From Methanothermococcus sp. Ax23 (GTDB lineage: Archaea > AGJL01 > Methanococci > Methanococcales > Methanococcaceae): a DNA stretch of 64,000 bases. A program made the translations under genes and the position numbers. The notes below the pieces were generated by a model. That model saw nothing but the letters and a program-made list of their open reading frames with translations. It did no database searches and was not told where the DNA came from. The DNA is taken from positions 896,001 to 960,000 of the forward strand of contig NZ_CP157522.1 in the NCBI RefSeq assembly GCF_049075655.1. Direction: 5' to 3'. Below are positions 55,048 through 64,000 of the stretch, one piece after another (the first letter of the stretch is position 1; each line of letters begins with the position of its first letter).

Positions 55048-56421
55048 ATGGAAAAGGAGAATTTTAAACCAGATGATTTTAACGAGATATTGGATGGGCT
55101 ATTGAATGATATAGCTCCAAGTAAGGAGGAGGAAATGGAATTAAAAGAATTTTCTGAAAAAATAATAAATGAATTATATGCTGAGATAGACAGTGAAAAA
55201 TTAAGGAATTTAATTGAAGATATAGTTCAGGTAGGTTCAACTGCTAGAAATACCAATTTAAAAAATGATTATGACATAGATATTTTTATAAGGTTTAAGA
55301 AGGATGTAGATAAGGAAGTGTTAAAAGAAACTGTTTTAAAAATTGGTAAAAAGGTAATAGAAAAATTAGATGGTAAATATTGGATAGAATATGCAGAACA
55401 CCCTTATTTATCTGCAAAGATTGGAAAATACGATATAGATATAGTCCCATGTTATAAACTAAATTGGGGGGAAAATATAATATCTGCGGTAGATAGAACG
55501 CCCTTACATAATGAATTTTTAAAGAAAATGTTAAAATCTAAAAAATCAAAATCAAAAAACGCACTGAACAACGATATTCGACTTTTAAAAAAATTCCTAA
55601 AAGGTATTGGCATTTACGGCTCTGATTTAAAAACTAAGGGATTTTCTGGGTATTTATGCGAGCTCCTAATAATACATTATGGGGGATTTATAAATACATT
55701 AATGGGAGCTCAAAAATGGAGAGTTGGAAAGAGAATAATTTTAGATGAAATATTTAATATTTACAATTTGGATGAAGATTATAAATTTGCCGATTTTAAA
55801 GACCCACTTGTAGTTTATGACCCAGTAGATTTAAATAGAAATGTAGCCGCAGCTCTGAGTAAAGAGAATTTTTGCAAGTTTATATTTTATTCTCATCTGT
55901 TTTTGAAAAATCCTTCAAAAGACTTTTTTTATGACTATGTTAAAAAAGTAAATGAAAATCTTGATAATAGGGAAAAAGGAGTGTTTATTACATTGGGCAT
56001 AAAGAGAAACAAGGATATAGTTGATGATATAATATACCCCCAAATGGAAAAACTACAAAAAAGCATCAACAAATTTTTAATTGAAAATGATTTTGAGTTT
56101 TTAAGGTATGGAAATTATGCAGATGATGATATGTGTTATTTATCATGGGAATTTTTAGTATGGGAGCTCCCAAATATTAAGCTTAGAGTAGGTCCGCCAG
56201 TGTTTAGTAAAAAAGGTGTGGATAACTTTATAAAAAAGAACAGCAAATATTTTGTCAAGGACTGCAATGTCTGTGCCTATATCGAGAGAAATTATAAAAA
56301 TATATATGAACTCTTTGAGGATATTGTAAGCGGAAAATTAAAAAAGAAAATCACATGCCCCAAGTATGTATCTCCTGAAAATGCCGTAATATTTAAGGGA
56401 GTGTATAAAGAAAGGGAATAA
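55048..56421 (+). CDS. cca: CCA-adding enzyme (class I)
   Basis: VGSTARNT, DIDIF, YAEHPY, SAVDRT, GFSGYLCE. Confidence 0.95.
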   Translation: MEKENFKPDDFNEILDGLLNDIAPSKEEEMELKEFSEKIINELYAEIDSEKLRNLIEDIVQVGSTARNTNLKNDYDIDIFIRFKKDVDKEVLKETVLKIGKKVIEKLDGKYWIEYAEHPYLSAKIGKYDIDIVPCYKLNWGENIISAVDRTPLHNEFLKKMLKSKKSKSKNALNNDIRLLKKFLKGIGIYGSDLKTKGFSGYLCELLIIHYGGFINTLMGAQKWRVGKRIILDEIFNIYNLDEDYKFADFKDPLVVYDPVDLNRNVAAALSKENFCKFIFYSHLFLKNPSKDFFYDYVKKVNENLDNREKGVFITLGIKRNKDIVDDIIYPQMEKLQKSINKFLIENDFEFLRYGNYADDDMCYLSWEFLVWELPNIKLRVGPPVFSKKGVDNFIKKNSKYFVKDCNVCAYIERNYKNIYELFEDIVSGKLKKKITCPKYVSPENAVIFKGVYKERE

Positions 56422-56532
56422 ATTATAAGAAAGGGATAACTTATTTTTTATTTTACTATTAATTATTCATTATTATATTACAATTATATTATTATTTACA
56501 TATTTAATTATATTCTTTAATATGGTGATATT

Positions 56533-57369
56533 ATGAAGTTTGGAGTATCTTCTCTTGTGTTTTTACCTGAAACATTGCAGTCATCCATAGAAAAGGTTGC
56601 TGAAAATAGGTTTGATTGTTGGGAAATCGTATGTGAAGGCAGTCATCAATTGAGACCTAAAAATGTAAAATATCTTATGGAGTTAAAGAACAGGTATGAA
56701 GTGGATATTGTGGTTCATGCTCCATTTTCCGACTTAAATCCAGCTTCAATGAACGACAGGGTAAGGCGGCTAACTATTGATTGTATAATGGAGGCAATTG
56801 AAGGGGCATTTGAACTTGATGCAAATGTTGTAACGGTTCATCCGGGATACCTTCCGCCGTTATGGTCAAGCTATGTTGAAGAGCTCCTGGATAATAATTT
56901 TTCAACATTAAATGATATAGTTGAGATAGCGGAAGATTATGAGGTTATGATAGGTTTGGAGAATATGCCCAATTATATGGGAGTCTTAGGCATAACTCCT
57001 GAGAGTTTGAGAGATATTGTAAAAGATATAGATTCTAAGTATTTGGGTATTACCTTTGATATTGGTCATGCAAATACTGCCTGCGGAAATCCAAGTGAGT
57101 ATGTTAAAGAATTAAATAAAATAGGAGAGGGCATTGTTCATGTTCATTGCCATGACAACAATGGAAATGATGATGAACATTTAAAAGTTGGAGATGGAAA
57201 CATTGATTTTTTCAGTGTATTTAGGGAATTAAAAGACATAGGTTATGAGGGTGTTATATCCTTTGAATCCAAAAATATAAGGGATGCAGTTAAAAGCAGA
57301 GAGATTGCTAAGGAATTATTATCCGATATTGAGTTAGATGAAAGTAGGGTATTGAATATAAAAATATAA
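56533..57369 (+). CDS. Sugar phosphate isomerase/epimerase (AP endonuclease 2 TIM barrel)
   Basis: HAPFSDLN, LENMP, DIGHA, HCHDN. Confidence 0.85.
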   Translation: MKFGVSSLVFLPETLQSSIEKVAENRFDCWEIVCEGSHQLRPKNVKYLMELKNRYEVDIVVHAPFSDLNPASMNDRVRRLTIDCIMEAIEGAFELDANVVTVHPGYLPPLWSSYVEELLDNNFSTLNDIVEIAEDYEVMIGLENMPNYMGVLGITPESLRDIVKDIDSKYLGITFDIGHANTACGNPSEYVKELNKIGEGIVHVHCHDNNGNDDEHLKVGDGNIDFFSVFRELKDIGYEGVISFESKNIRDAVKSREIAKELLSDIELDESRVLNIKI

Positions 57370-57439
57370 AATATATTATGTAGTATTGATTATAGTTATT
57401 GGATATAGTTAAGATTGAGTTATTGAATTTGGTGATAAA

Positions 57440-58111
57440 ATGAAAATAGCAATTTTAGGTGGAACAGGAGACCAAGGTTTTGGTTTAGCACTCAGATTTG
57501 CCAAAAATCACGATGTTATAATAGGTTCAAGAAAGAAGGAAAAGGCAGAAGAAGCATCAAATAAAGTAAAGGAAATACTATCTTCAAAGGGAATAGAATA
57601 TAAAAATATAATAGGTTTAGACAACAAAGAAGCTTCAAAAGAAGGGGATGTTGTTATTTTATCATTGCCATATCAGCACACCATATCAACATTAAAGGAT
57701 TTAAAAGAAGAATTAGCAGGTAAAATAGTTGTATCTATTGGAGTTCCACTGGCAACGGCAATAGGGGATAAGGCAACAAGAGTGGTTTTACCGCCTCAGG
57801 GTTCAGTTGCTGAAATGGTTAAAGATTACTTAAAGAATTCAAAAGTGGTAAGTGCATTCCAAAATGTATGCTGTAAGGAGCTCGAAGATATAGACAACCC
57901 TGTGGATTGTGATATACTTGTTTGTGGAGATGACGCTGAATCAAAAAAAGTTGTAATGTCTCTTGCAGAAGAAATCGATGGAGTTAGGGCAATAGATTGC
58001 GGAAAATTGGAACTATCAAGCTACATAGAACAAATTACGCCACTTTTAATAGGATTAAATATAAAATATAAATTAAAAGGTTCTGGAATAAGGATAACTG
58101 GATTAAAATAA
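57440..58111 (+). CDS. npdG: F420H2:NADP+ oxidoreductase
   Basis: GGTGDQGFGLA, GSVAE, SAFQN. Confidence 0.93.
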   Translation: MKIAILGGTGDQGFGLALRFAKNHDVIIGSRKKEKAEEASNKVKEILSSKGIEYKNIIGLDNKEASKEGDVVILSLPYQHTISTLKDLKEELAGKIVVSIGVPLATAIGDKATRVVLPPQGSVAEMVKDYLKNSKVVSAFQNVCCKELEDIDNPVDCDILVCGDDAESKKVVMSLAEEIDGVRAIDCGKLELSSYIEQITPLLIGLNIKYKLKGSGIRITGLK

Positions 58112-58121
58112 TAAAAAATAA

Positions 58122-58571
58122 TTAAATACTATTTTTTATATTTTCAGCAAACTTTTTTGCATTTTCAATATCTTCTTTATTAGGATGTCCCTTATTTTTT
58201 CCGCCAATTAATTTAAATACTGAATAATCTTCGTAGCCCTTGCATGAGAATTCTCCAATAATTTTAAATCCCTTATTTTTTAATTTATTTCTTAAAGGCT
58301 TGTGATAAATGGATAAATCTATGCCGTATGTAGAGAATATGAATGCCTTTTTGTTCTCCCCTGGAAGTTTATCTACAAGTTTCAAGAGCTTTTTATGATG
58401 CTTCCCAAAGTATATTCCAGAGCCAAATCCTATTAAATCGTATTTTTTAATTTCATCAGGGTTTATTTTCTCCGGCTCAACAACATCTGCATTTAAGACC
58501 TCTGCCATAGCATCTGCTATTTTTTTGGTGTTGTTGTGGTGGATGGATTTGCATATAATTAAGATTTTCAT
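58122..58571 (-). CDS. Flavodoxin family protein
   Basis: SIHHNNTKKIA, GFGSGIY, KGHP. Confidence 0.88.
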   Translation of the reverse strand: MKILIICKSIHHNNTKKIADAMAEVLNADVVEPEKINPDEIKKYDLIGFGSGIYFGKHHKKLLKLVDKLPGENKKAFIFSTYGIDLSIYHKPLRNKLKNKGFKIIGEFSCKGYEDYSVFKLIGGKNKGHPNKEDIENAKKFAENIKNSI

Positions 58572-58602
58572 GATGCCCCCCAAATTGATTGTAAATTGAT
58601 TG

Positions 58603-59955
58603 TTATTCTTTAAACATTAACTGCCTCATTATTTTACCCATTGGACCTCCCATTTTAAGCATTTTTCCTCTTTTTAAGTTCTGAAATGCGTTTTTAGTTG
58701 TGGCATAATATTTTAGGAGCTCCTTTACCTCCTCCTGCTTAACCCCTGCACCCCTTGCTATTCTCTTCATTCTTGAAGTTTTAATTATCTCAGGGTTTTC
58801 TTTTTCCTCCCTGGTCATGGAATCCATTATAATTTTGTACCTTTTCAATTTTTGCTCTGTGAGATTTGCCGCATCTTTTGGAATGGCTCCTCCAAATCCT
58901 GGAATCATGCTCATTATTTGTTTCATAGGACCCATTTTAGATATTGCTTCTAGCTGAGAGTATAATTCATTAAGTGTGAATTTTCCCTTTAATATGGCAT
59001 CTATGCTTTCCTCCGTATCATCATCTATTAAATCCTCTGTTTTTTCAAGAAGTGAGTCTAAATCTCCCATTCCTAAAAGCCTTGAAATAAATTTATTGGG
59101 GTCGAATGGCTCCAAATCATCTACATTTTCCCCGGTACCTATGAATTTTATAGGTGCGTTTATCTCTGCTACTGCACTTAGAGCTCCCCCTCCTTTTGCA
59201 GAACCATCCAATTTTGTAACAAGTATGCTTCCTATTTCACCGACAGCATCTTTAAATGCCTTTGCCTGGTTTTTCGCCTGCTGTCCAAGTGTTCCATCTA
59301 TTACAAGTATAATTTCATCTGGATTTACAACATCTTTTATTTGTTTCATTTCATCTAAAAGTCCTTTTTCTTCTTTGTGTCTTCCTGCGGTATCTATTAT
59401 CAAAACATCCATCTTTTTAAGGTTATTTATTCCATCTTTTGCAATTTCTATTGGAGTCTTTGTTTTTGTTTCATCACCATATAATGGAACATGTATCTTC
59501 TCTGCAAGCTGTTTTAACTGCTGGTATGCCGCAGGTCTGTATATATCCGCCGCTATTAATCCTGGTTTTAAACCTCTTTTTTGGATGTATCTTGCAAGTT
59601 TTGCGGCACTCGTGGTTTTACCACTCCCCTGAATACCTACAAGTAATATAATTGTCTGTTTTTTTGGGTTTAACTCCAATTTTTGCCCTTCCTCACCAAG
59701 TAGTTTTACTAGTTCTTCATAAACAATTTTTATTATATGTTCTTTTTTTGAAAGTCCCTTTGGTATATCCTCATTTATTGCTCTTTTTTCTATCTCTTTA
59801 CTCATTTTAAATACAAGTTTTACATTGACATCCGCCTGAATTAGTGCCTTTTGGATATCTTTAATTACCTCTTTTATAAGCTTCTTATCTACGAATGTGG
59901 CATTTTTTATTTTATTCAATGCGTTGGTAATGTTTTGTCCCAATTTATCAAGCAT
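58603..59955 (-). CDS. srp54: Signal recognition particle protein SRP54
   Basis: [19 protein letters not shown] domain. Confidence 0.97.
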   Translation of the reverse strand: MLDKLGQNITNALNKIKNATFVDKKLIKEVIKDIQKALIQADVNVKLVFKMSKEIEKRAINEDIPKGLSKKEHIIKIVYEELVKLLGEEGQKLELNPKKQTIILLVGIQGSGKTTSAAKLARYIQKRGLKPGLIAADIYRPAAYQQLKQLAEKIHVPLYGDETKTKTPIEIAKDGINNLKKMDVLIIDTAGRHKEEKGLLDEMKQIKDVVNPDEIILVIDGTLGQQAKNQAKAFKDAVGEIGSILVTKLDGSAKGGGALSAVAEINAPIKFIGTGENVDDLEPFDPNKFISRLLGMGDLDSLLEKTEDLIDDDTEESIDAILKGKFTLNELYSQLEAISKMGPMKQIMSMIPGFGGAIPKDAANLTEQKLKRYKIIMDSMTREEKENPEIIKTSRMKRIARGAGVKQEEVKELLKYYATTKNAFQNLKRGKMLKMGGPMGKIMRQLMFKE

Positions 59956-59990
59956 AATTCCACCTAAATTTTAAATATTATTTATTATAA

Positions 59991-60551
59991 TTATTCTTTC
60001 CATCTTTTAAATAAATTGTTTTTTATCCCTAAATTATCCAATATTCTCCCCACTACAAAATTAATGATGTCATCTATTGTTTTTGGTTCATTGTAAAATC
60101 CCGGAATTGGGGGCATTACTAAAACTCCTAATTTTGAGAGTTTTAGCATGTTTTCAAGATGTATTGCATTAAAAGGCATTTCTCTTGGCATAAGTATTAA
60201 TTTTCTTTGCTCCTTTAAAGCTACATCACAAACTCTACATATTAAATTACTACTGTATCCATTTGCTATTGACGATAATGTTTTCATGGAGCATGGAACT
60301 ACAACAACAGCATCAAATATATTTGAACCAGATGCAACAGGCGAAAAGAAATCGTTATTTTCGTAGTATTCATCGGATAATTTTATAAAATCATCAATTG
60401 TAGTTTTTAACTCATGTTTTATTATTTCTTTTGCTGAGTTGGAAACTATTAGACAGGTTTTTACATTTTCGTTATCCTTTAAAACTTCAAGAAGTCTTTT
60501 AGCATAGTGAGCTCCGCTTGCACCACTTACACATACCACTATTTTTTTCAT
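59991..60551 (-). CDS. ubiX: Flavin prenyltransferase UbiX
   Basis: SGASG, ASGS, PCSMKTL, PREMP. Confidence 0.92.
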   Translation of the reverse strand: MKKIVVCVSGASGAHYAKRLLEVLKDNENVKTCLIVSNSAKEIIKHELKTTIDDFIKLSDEYYENNDFFSPVASGSNIFDAVVVVPCSMKTLSSIANGYSSNLICRVCDVALKEQRKLILMPREMPFNAIHLENMLKLSKLGVLVMPPIPGFYNEPKTIDDIINFVVGRILDNLGIKNNLFKRWKE

Positions 60552-60679
60552 GTTATTTCTCCAATAATTATGTAATTATATATTGTATAAAATGGAGTAT
60601 TATTTTTATATAAAATTACTTATTTGTTGAAGTATACTTATATATTAAAATAAATAAATATTATCTTCGCAAAAAATAG

Positions 60680-60764
60680 TGCGGGGGAAGGGATTTGAAC
60701 CCTCGAACCCCTACGGGACTAGGCCCTCAACCTAGCGCCTTTGGCCAGACTTGGCAACCCCCGC
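60680..60764 (-). tRNA. tRNA-Leu(GAG)
   Basis: Anticodon arm CTAGG-TTGAGGG-CCTAG; long variable arm. Confidence 0.95.
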
Positions 60765-60891
60765 TCACTTACTATGGTTTTGCGGTTTAAAAACGCATAG
60801 TGTAGTTTTACATAATAGTATATAAACCTTTCGGCGAAAAGTATATATATGAGATATTATTATCTAAGGATGCGTTCAATAATTTAATAAT

Positions 60892-61009
60892 GCCGAGGTG
60901 GCTTAGGCTGGTTATAGCGCTCGGCTCATACGGATATTCCCAAGGGGTTTTATATCTCCTTGGGTCCTGGGAAACCGAGAGGTCGGGGGTTCAAGTCCCC
61001 CCCTCGGCA
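60892..61009 (+). tRNA. tRNA-Met(CAT) with 43-nt intron at 37/38 (60931-60973)
   Basis: CTCGG-CTCATA[intron]A-CCGAG; intron hairpin CCCAAGG..CCTTGGG. Confidence 0.92.
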
Positions 61010-61087
61010 TTTTTTATATGCTTATTGATTTATAGGTTTAAATATTTAATTAGTTGTTTAAAAAAAATAAAGAATAAAAAAATAGAA

Positions 61088-62422
61088 TTAAATGGGTTTT
61101 CCAAAGAAATTTATTTTTTCAATTAATTCTTCAAATGCATTTTTTTCGAATTTTAAAACCTCTTCTTTTGTCAATGTTCCGCTTACTTCTCCATCAAGGG
61201 ATAATTTATCGACTCCTCTTAAAATCATTCTATTATTTCCATCTCTGTTTAATATTTCTTCTGCAACCCTGTCATGAACAAACGCCATTGGTGGGATAAA
61301 CACCGTATCTTTTAGCTCTTTTAAATCAACAGTTTCTAAATCTTTTGCAGTGATTAAATCTGAAATGTCCTTATTAACTTTAATGACATTAACTGGAGTA
61401 TCTTTAAATATTTTATTTAAAAATGTATATGATATATTTCCTGTAATTATGGTAGCTTCGGATTTTATTTTGTTTCTTAATTTTTTCAATAAACTCTCTT
61501 CATAAGATATGGCAAATGGTGCATTTGTCAATGGGTCATAAAGTGGTGTGCCTGTAATTCTTATTTTATCTCCAAATTCTTCAAAAGTTTTTCTTACAAT
61601 TTCTTTAAATTCTTCAACCCTATGGCTTTCGATTCCATCGATAATTGGTGCATTTTCCAGTATAAGTCCTTGTTCGGTTTTATTTGCAAACCTCATTAAT
61701 ATTGCTGCATGAGCTCCCCAGTCTATCAAATCGTTAATGGTTTTTTTAAGTTCTTCGCCATCATTTACACCGGGAATTAATATAATAGCACAATGGACTT
61801 CACAGTTTTCACAGAAGTATTTTAAGCATTTTAGGGATTCTTCTGCATTTTTATCATTTAACCATTTTTTTCTGATTTCTGGATTTGTAGAGAATACTGA
61901 AAATGTAATTTCATCGACACCATAATCAACAAGATTTTTAGCAATTTCAACAGATTCAAATCCTTTTCCAGATGTGTATCCAAGATGAATCTTTAAACCA
62001 ACATCACTTATGTATTTACAGAGAGCTTCCAAGTCCGGATAAAAGCTAACATCTCCGCCACTTGTAATATTCACTTTATCGTAGTTTTGGAAAAATAATG
62101 CGTTTTGAATTTGCTGTATTGCAAAGGGCAATGGTATGAAGTCTCCATTAATTTCCCTTATGGAGTATGTGCAGTAATCACAGCCCATTTGGAATGTGCA
62201 GTTTTTACAGCCAAATGGTGATGGGTTTGAATTGTCCACTTTTTTAAAATAACAAAATTTGCAGAATCCTCCGCAGTTCTTACCGGGCTCTCCTTTTAAA
62301 TCAACTAAAAGCTGAGATTGGGATTTTAAAACGTTATTGTCCTTTTCAGAATCCTCAAAACCCATGCCAAATATATTAGGGTTGGAAGTATCTCCTAAAC
62401 TATTGTTAAAATTGAAATTCAT
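61088..62422 (-). CDS. mmp10: Methanogenesis marker protein 10, radical SAM MCR arginine methyltransferase
   Basis: CGGFCKFC, second Cys cluster [17 protein letters not shown]; divergent from mcrB. Confidence 0.92.
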   Translation of the reverse strand: MNFNFNNSLGDTSNPNIFGMGFEDSEKDNNVLKSQSQLLVDLKGEPGKNCGGFCKFCYFKKVDNSNPSPFGCKNCTFQMGCDYCTYSIREINGDFIPLPFAIQQIQNALFFQNYDKVNITSGGDVSFYPDLEALCKYISDVGLKIHLGYTSGKGFESVEIAKNLVDYGVDEITFSVFSTNPEIRKKWLNDKNAEESLKCLKYFCENCEVHCAIILIPGVNDGEELKKTINDLIDWGAHAAILMRFANKTEQGLILENAPIIDGIESHRVEEFKEIVRKTFEEFGDKIRITGTPLYDPLTNAPFAISYEESLLKKLRNKIKSEATIITGNISYTFLNKIFKDTPVNVIKVNKDISDLITAKDLETVDLKELKDTVFIPPMAFVHDRVAEEILNRDGNNRMILRGVDKLSLDGEVSGTLTKEEVLKFEKNAFEELIEKINFFGKPI

Positions 62423-62698
62423 AAATATCCTCTAACTTTTTTATTAGTGTATTATTTTTTAACCTATAAATAAATTATTGGTAAAAATCGTAAAGGGCAT
62501 CGTATAATAAAGAATGCTTAAAAAGAAATAAGATTAAGTTAAAATACTAAATTTAAATATATAAATTAGTTTTTATACAACACCCCTATTTTAAAAAATA
62601 TCCTATATATACTTTTCGATTTGAATTCAATGGAAAAATGAATATATAAATAAAAATATAGGATGTAGTGCATATATCAAATGATAGGAGTGGTTCCT

Positions 62699-64000
62699 AT
62701 GGTAAAGTATGAAGACAAGATAGATTTGTATGATGCGAAAGGTAATCTTGCAGCAGAAAGTGTGCCATTGGAGGCTATAAGCCCGTTGTACAACCCAGTT
62801 GTAAAAGAGATAGTAAAGAACATTAAAAGAACAGTAGCAGTTAACTTAGCAGGTATAGAAAACAGCTTGAAAACCGGAGCTCTCGGAGGCAAAGGTTGTA
62901 AAATCCCAGGAAGAACCTTGGATTTACCAATAGTTGAAAACGCTGACGCTATTATGGAAGAAGTTGAAAAAATATTAAGAATTTCACCAGATGATGATAC
63001 AAACATCAGAACAATTAACGGTGGAAAACAGGCAGTTGTTCAGTTGCCATCCAGAAGATTAGAAGTAGCGGCAGAATATTCAGTATCTATGTTAAACACA
63101 GCAATGGCTTTGAAAGAAGCTATTATTAAAACATTCGACGTAGATATGTTCGAAGGTTCAACAGTGCATGCAGCAATTATTGGAAGATATCCACAAGTTA
63201 TGGACTACATGGGAGGAAACATAGCTTCATTATTAGGAGCTCCTTCAAACATGGAAGGTTTAGGTTACGCATTGAGAAACATTATGGTAAACCACTATGT
63301 GGCTACAACAAAGAAAAACATCATGAACGCTATTGCATTTGCGTCAATCATGGAACAAACAGCTATGTTTGAAATGGGAGATGCAGTAGGTTCATTTGAA
63401 AGAATGCACTTGTTAGGTCTTGGATACCAGGGTTTAAACGCAGATAACCTTGTAATTGACCTCGTAAAAGCAAACAGTAAGGGAACAGTTGGTACAGTTG
63501 TTGCTTCATTGGTTGAAAGAGCTCTCGAAGACAAAGTAATTGTAGAAGACAAAACAATGGATTCAGGATTCACAATGTATAAGCCAGCAGATGTGGCTAA
63601 GTGGAATGCTTATGCAGCAGCAGGTTTAGTTGCAGCTTCCATTGTAAACTGTGGTGCGGCAAGAGCTGCTCAGAACGTTGCTTCAACAATCTTATACTAC
63701 AACGATATATTAGAATACGAAACAGGATTGCCTGGTGTTGATTTCGGTAGAGCAGAAGGTACTGCGGTAGGATTCAGTTTCTTCTCACACTCAATCTACG
63801 GTGGTGGAGGTCCAGGTATCTTCACAGGAAACCACGTAGTTACAAGACACTCCAAAGGATTCGCTATACCACCAGTATGTGCTGCATTATGTATAGATGC
63901 AGGAACTCAGATGTTCTCACCTGAAAAAACATCAGCATTAGTTGGTGCGGTATATAGTGCTATCGATGAATTCAGAGAGCCATTGAAGTATGTAATTGAA
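62699..64000 (+). CDS. mcrB: Methyl-coenzyme M reductase beta subunit (runs off window end)
   Basis: [12 protein letters not shown]..., [25 protein letters not shown]; missing from ORF track because no stop in window. Confidence 0.97.
   Translation, partial: MVKYEDKIDLYDAKGNLAAESVPLEAISPLYNPVVKEIVKNIKRTVAVNLAGIENSLKTGALGGKGCKIPGRTLDLPIVENADAIMEEVEKILRISPDDDTNIRTINGGKQAVVQLPSRRLEVAAEYSVSMLNTAMALKEAIIKTFDVDMFEGSTVHAAIIGRYPQVMDYMGGNIASLLGAPSNMEGLGYALRNIMVNHYVATTKKNIMNAIAFASIMEQTAMFEMGDAVGSFERMHLLGLGYQGLNADNLVIDLVKANSKGTVGTVVASLVERALEDKVIVEDKTMDSGFTMYKPADVAKWNAYAAAGLVAASIVNCGAARAAQNVASTILYYNDILEYETGLPGVDFGRAEGTAVGFSFFSHSIYGGGGPGIFTGNHVVTRHSKGFAIPPVCAALCIDAGTQMFSPEKTSALVGAVYSAIDEFREPLKYVIE

Noticed and set aside
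58976-59632. 218-aa ORF opposite srp54 (and similar shadow ORFs throughout)
   Set aside because: Antisense shadows of well-supported genes
60931-60973. tRNA-Met intron as a novelty
   Set aside because: Canonical 37/38 intron, well known in Methanococcales
62677-63573. Minus-strand ORFs at the window end
   Set aside because: Antisense to mcrB

Overview
AT-rich chromosomal window from a methanogenic archaeon of the Methanococcales (Methanothermococcus/Methanococcus-like). Most of it is core genome: cofactor genes (cofC, mfnB, mptN, hemA, coaBC, dadD), the tungstate ABC transporter, the rps13-rpoK ribosomal/RNAP cluster, sepS, aCPSF1, psmB, srp54, mmp10, the start of mcrB, and five tRNAs (one with an intron). 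The mobile part comprises one IS5-like element, two tnpB-carrying IS200/IS605 elements and two ~290-320 bp protein-free IS605-type mini-elements that keep both ends, a TATA box and an omegaRNA-like scaffold related to one tnpB locus. Short C-loop-G hairpin insertions (37-60 bp) interrupt three of the four IS605-type elements and also cluster in intergenic DNA. The palindrome GAGCTC is very strongly over-represented in host genes but was not seen in the IS elements. A shared operator-like motif precedes the convergent wtpA and wtpBC units. All calls come from reading the sequence by eye; no database searches were run.
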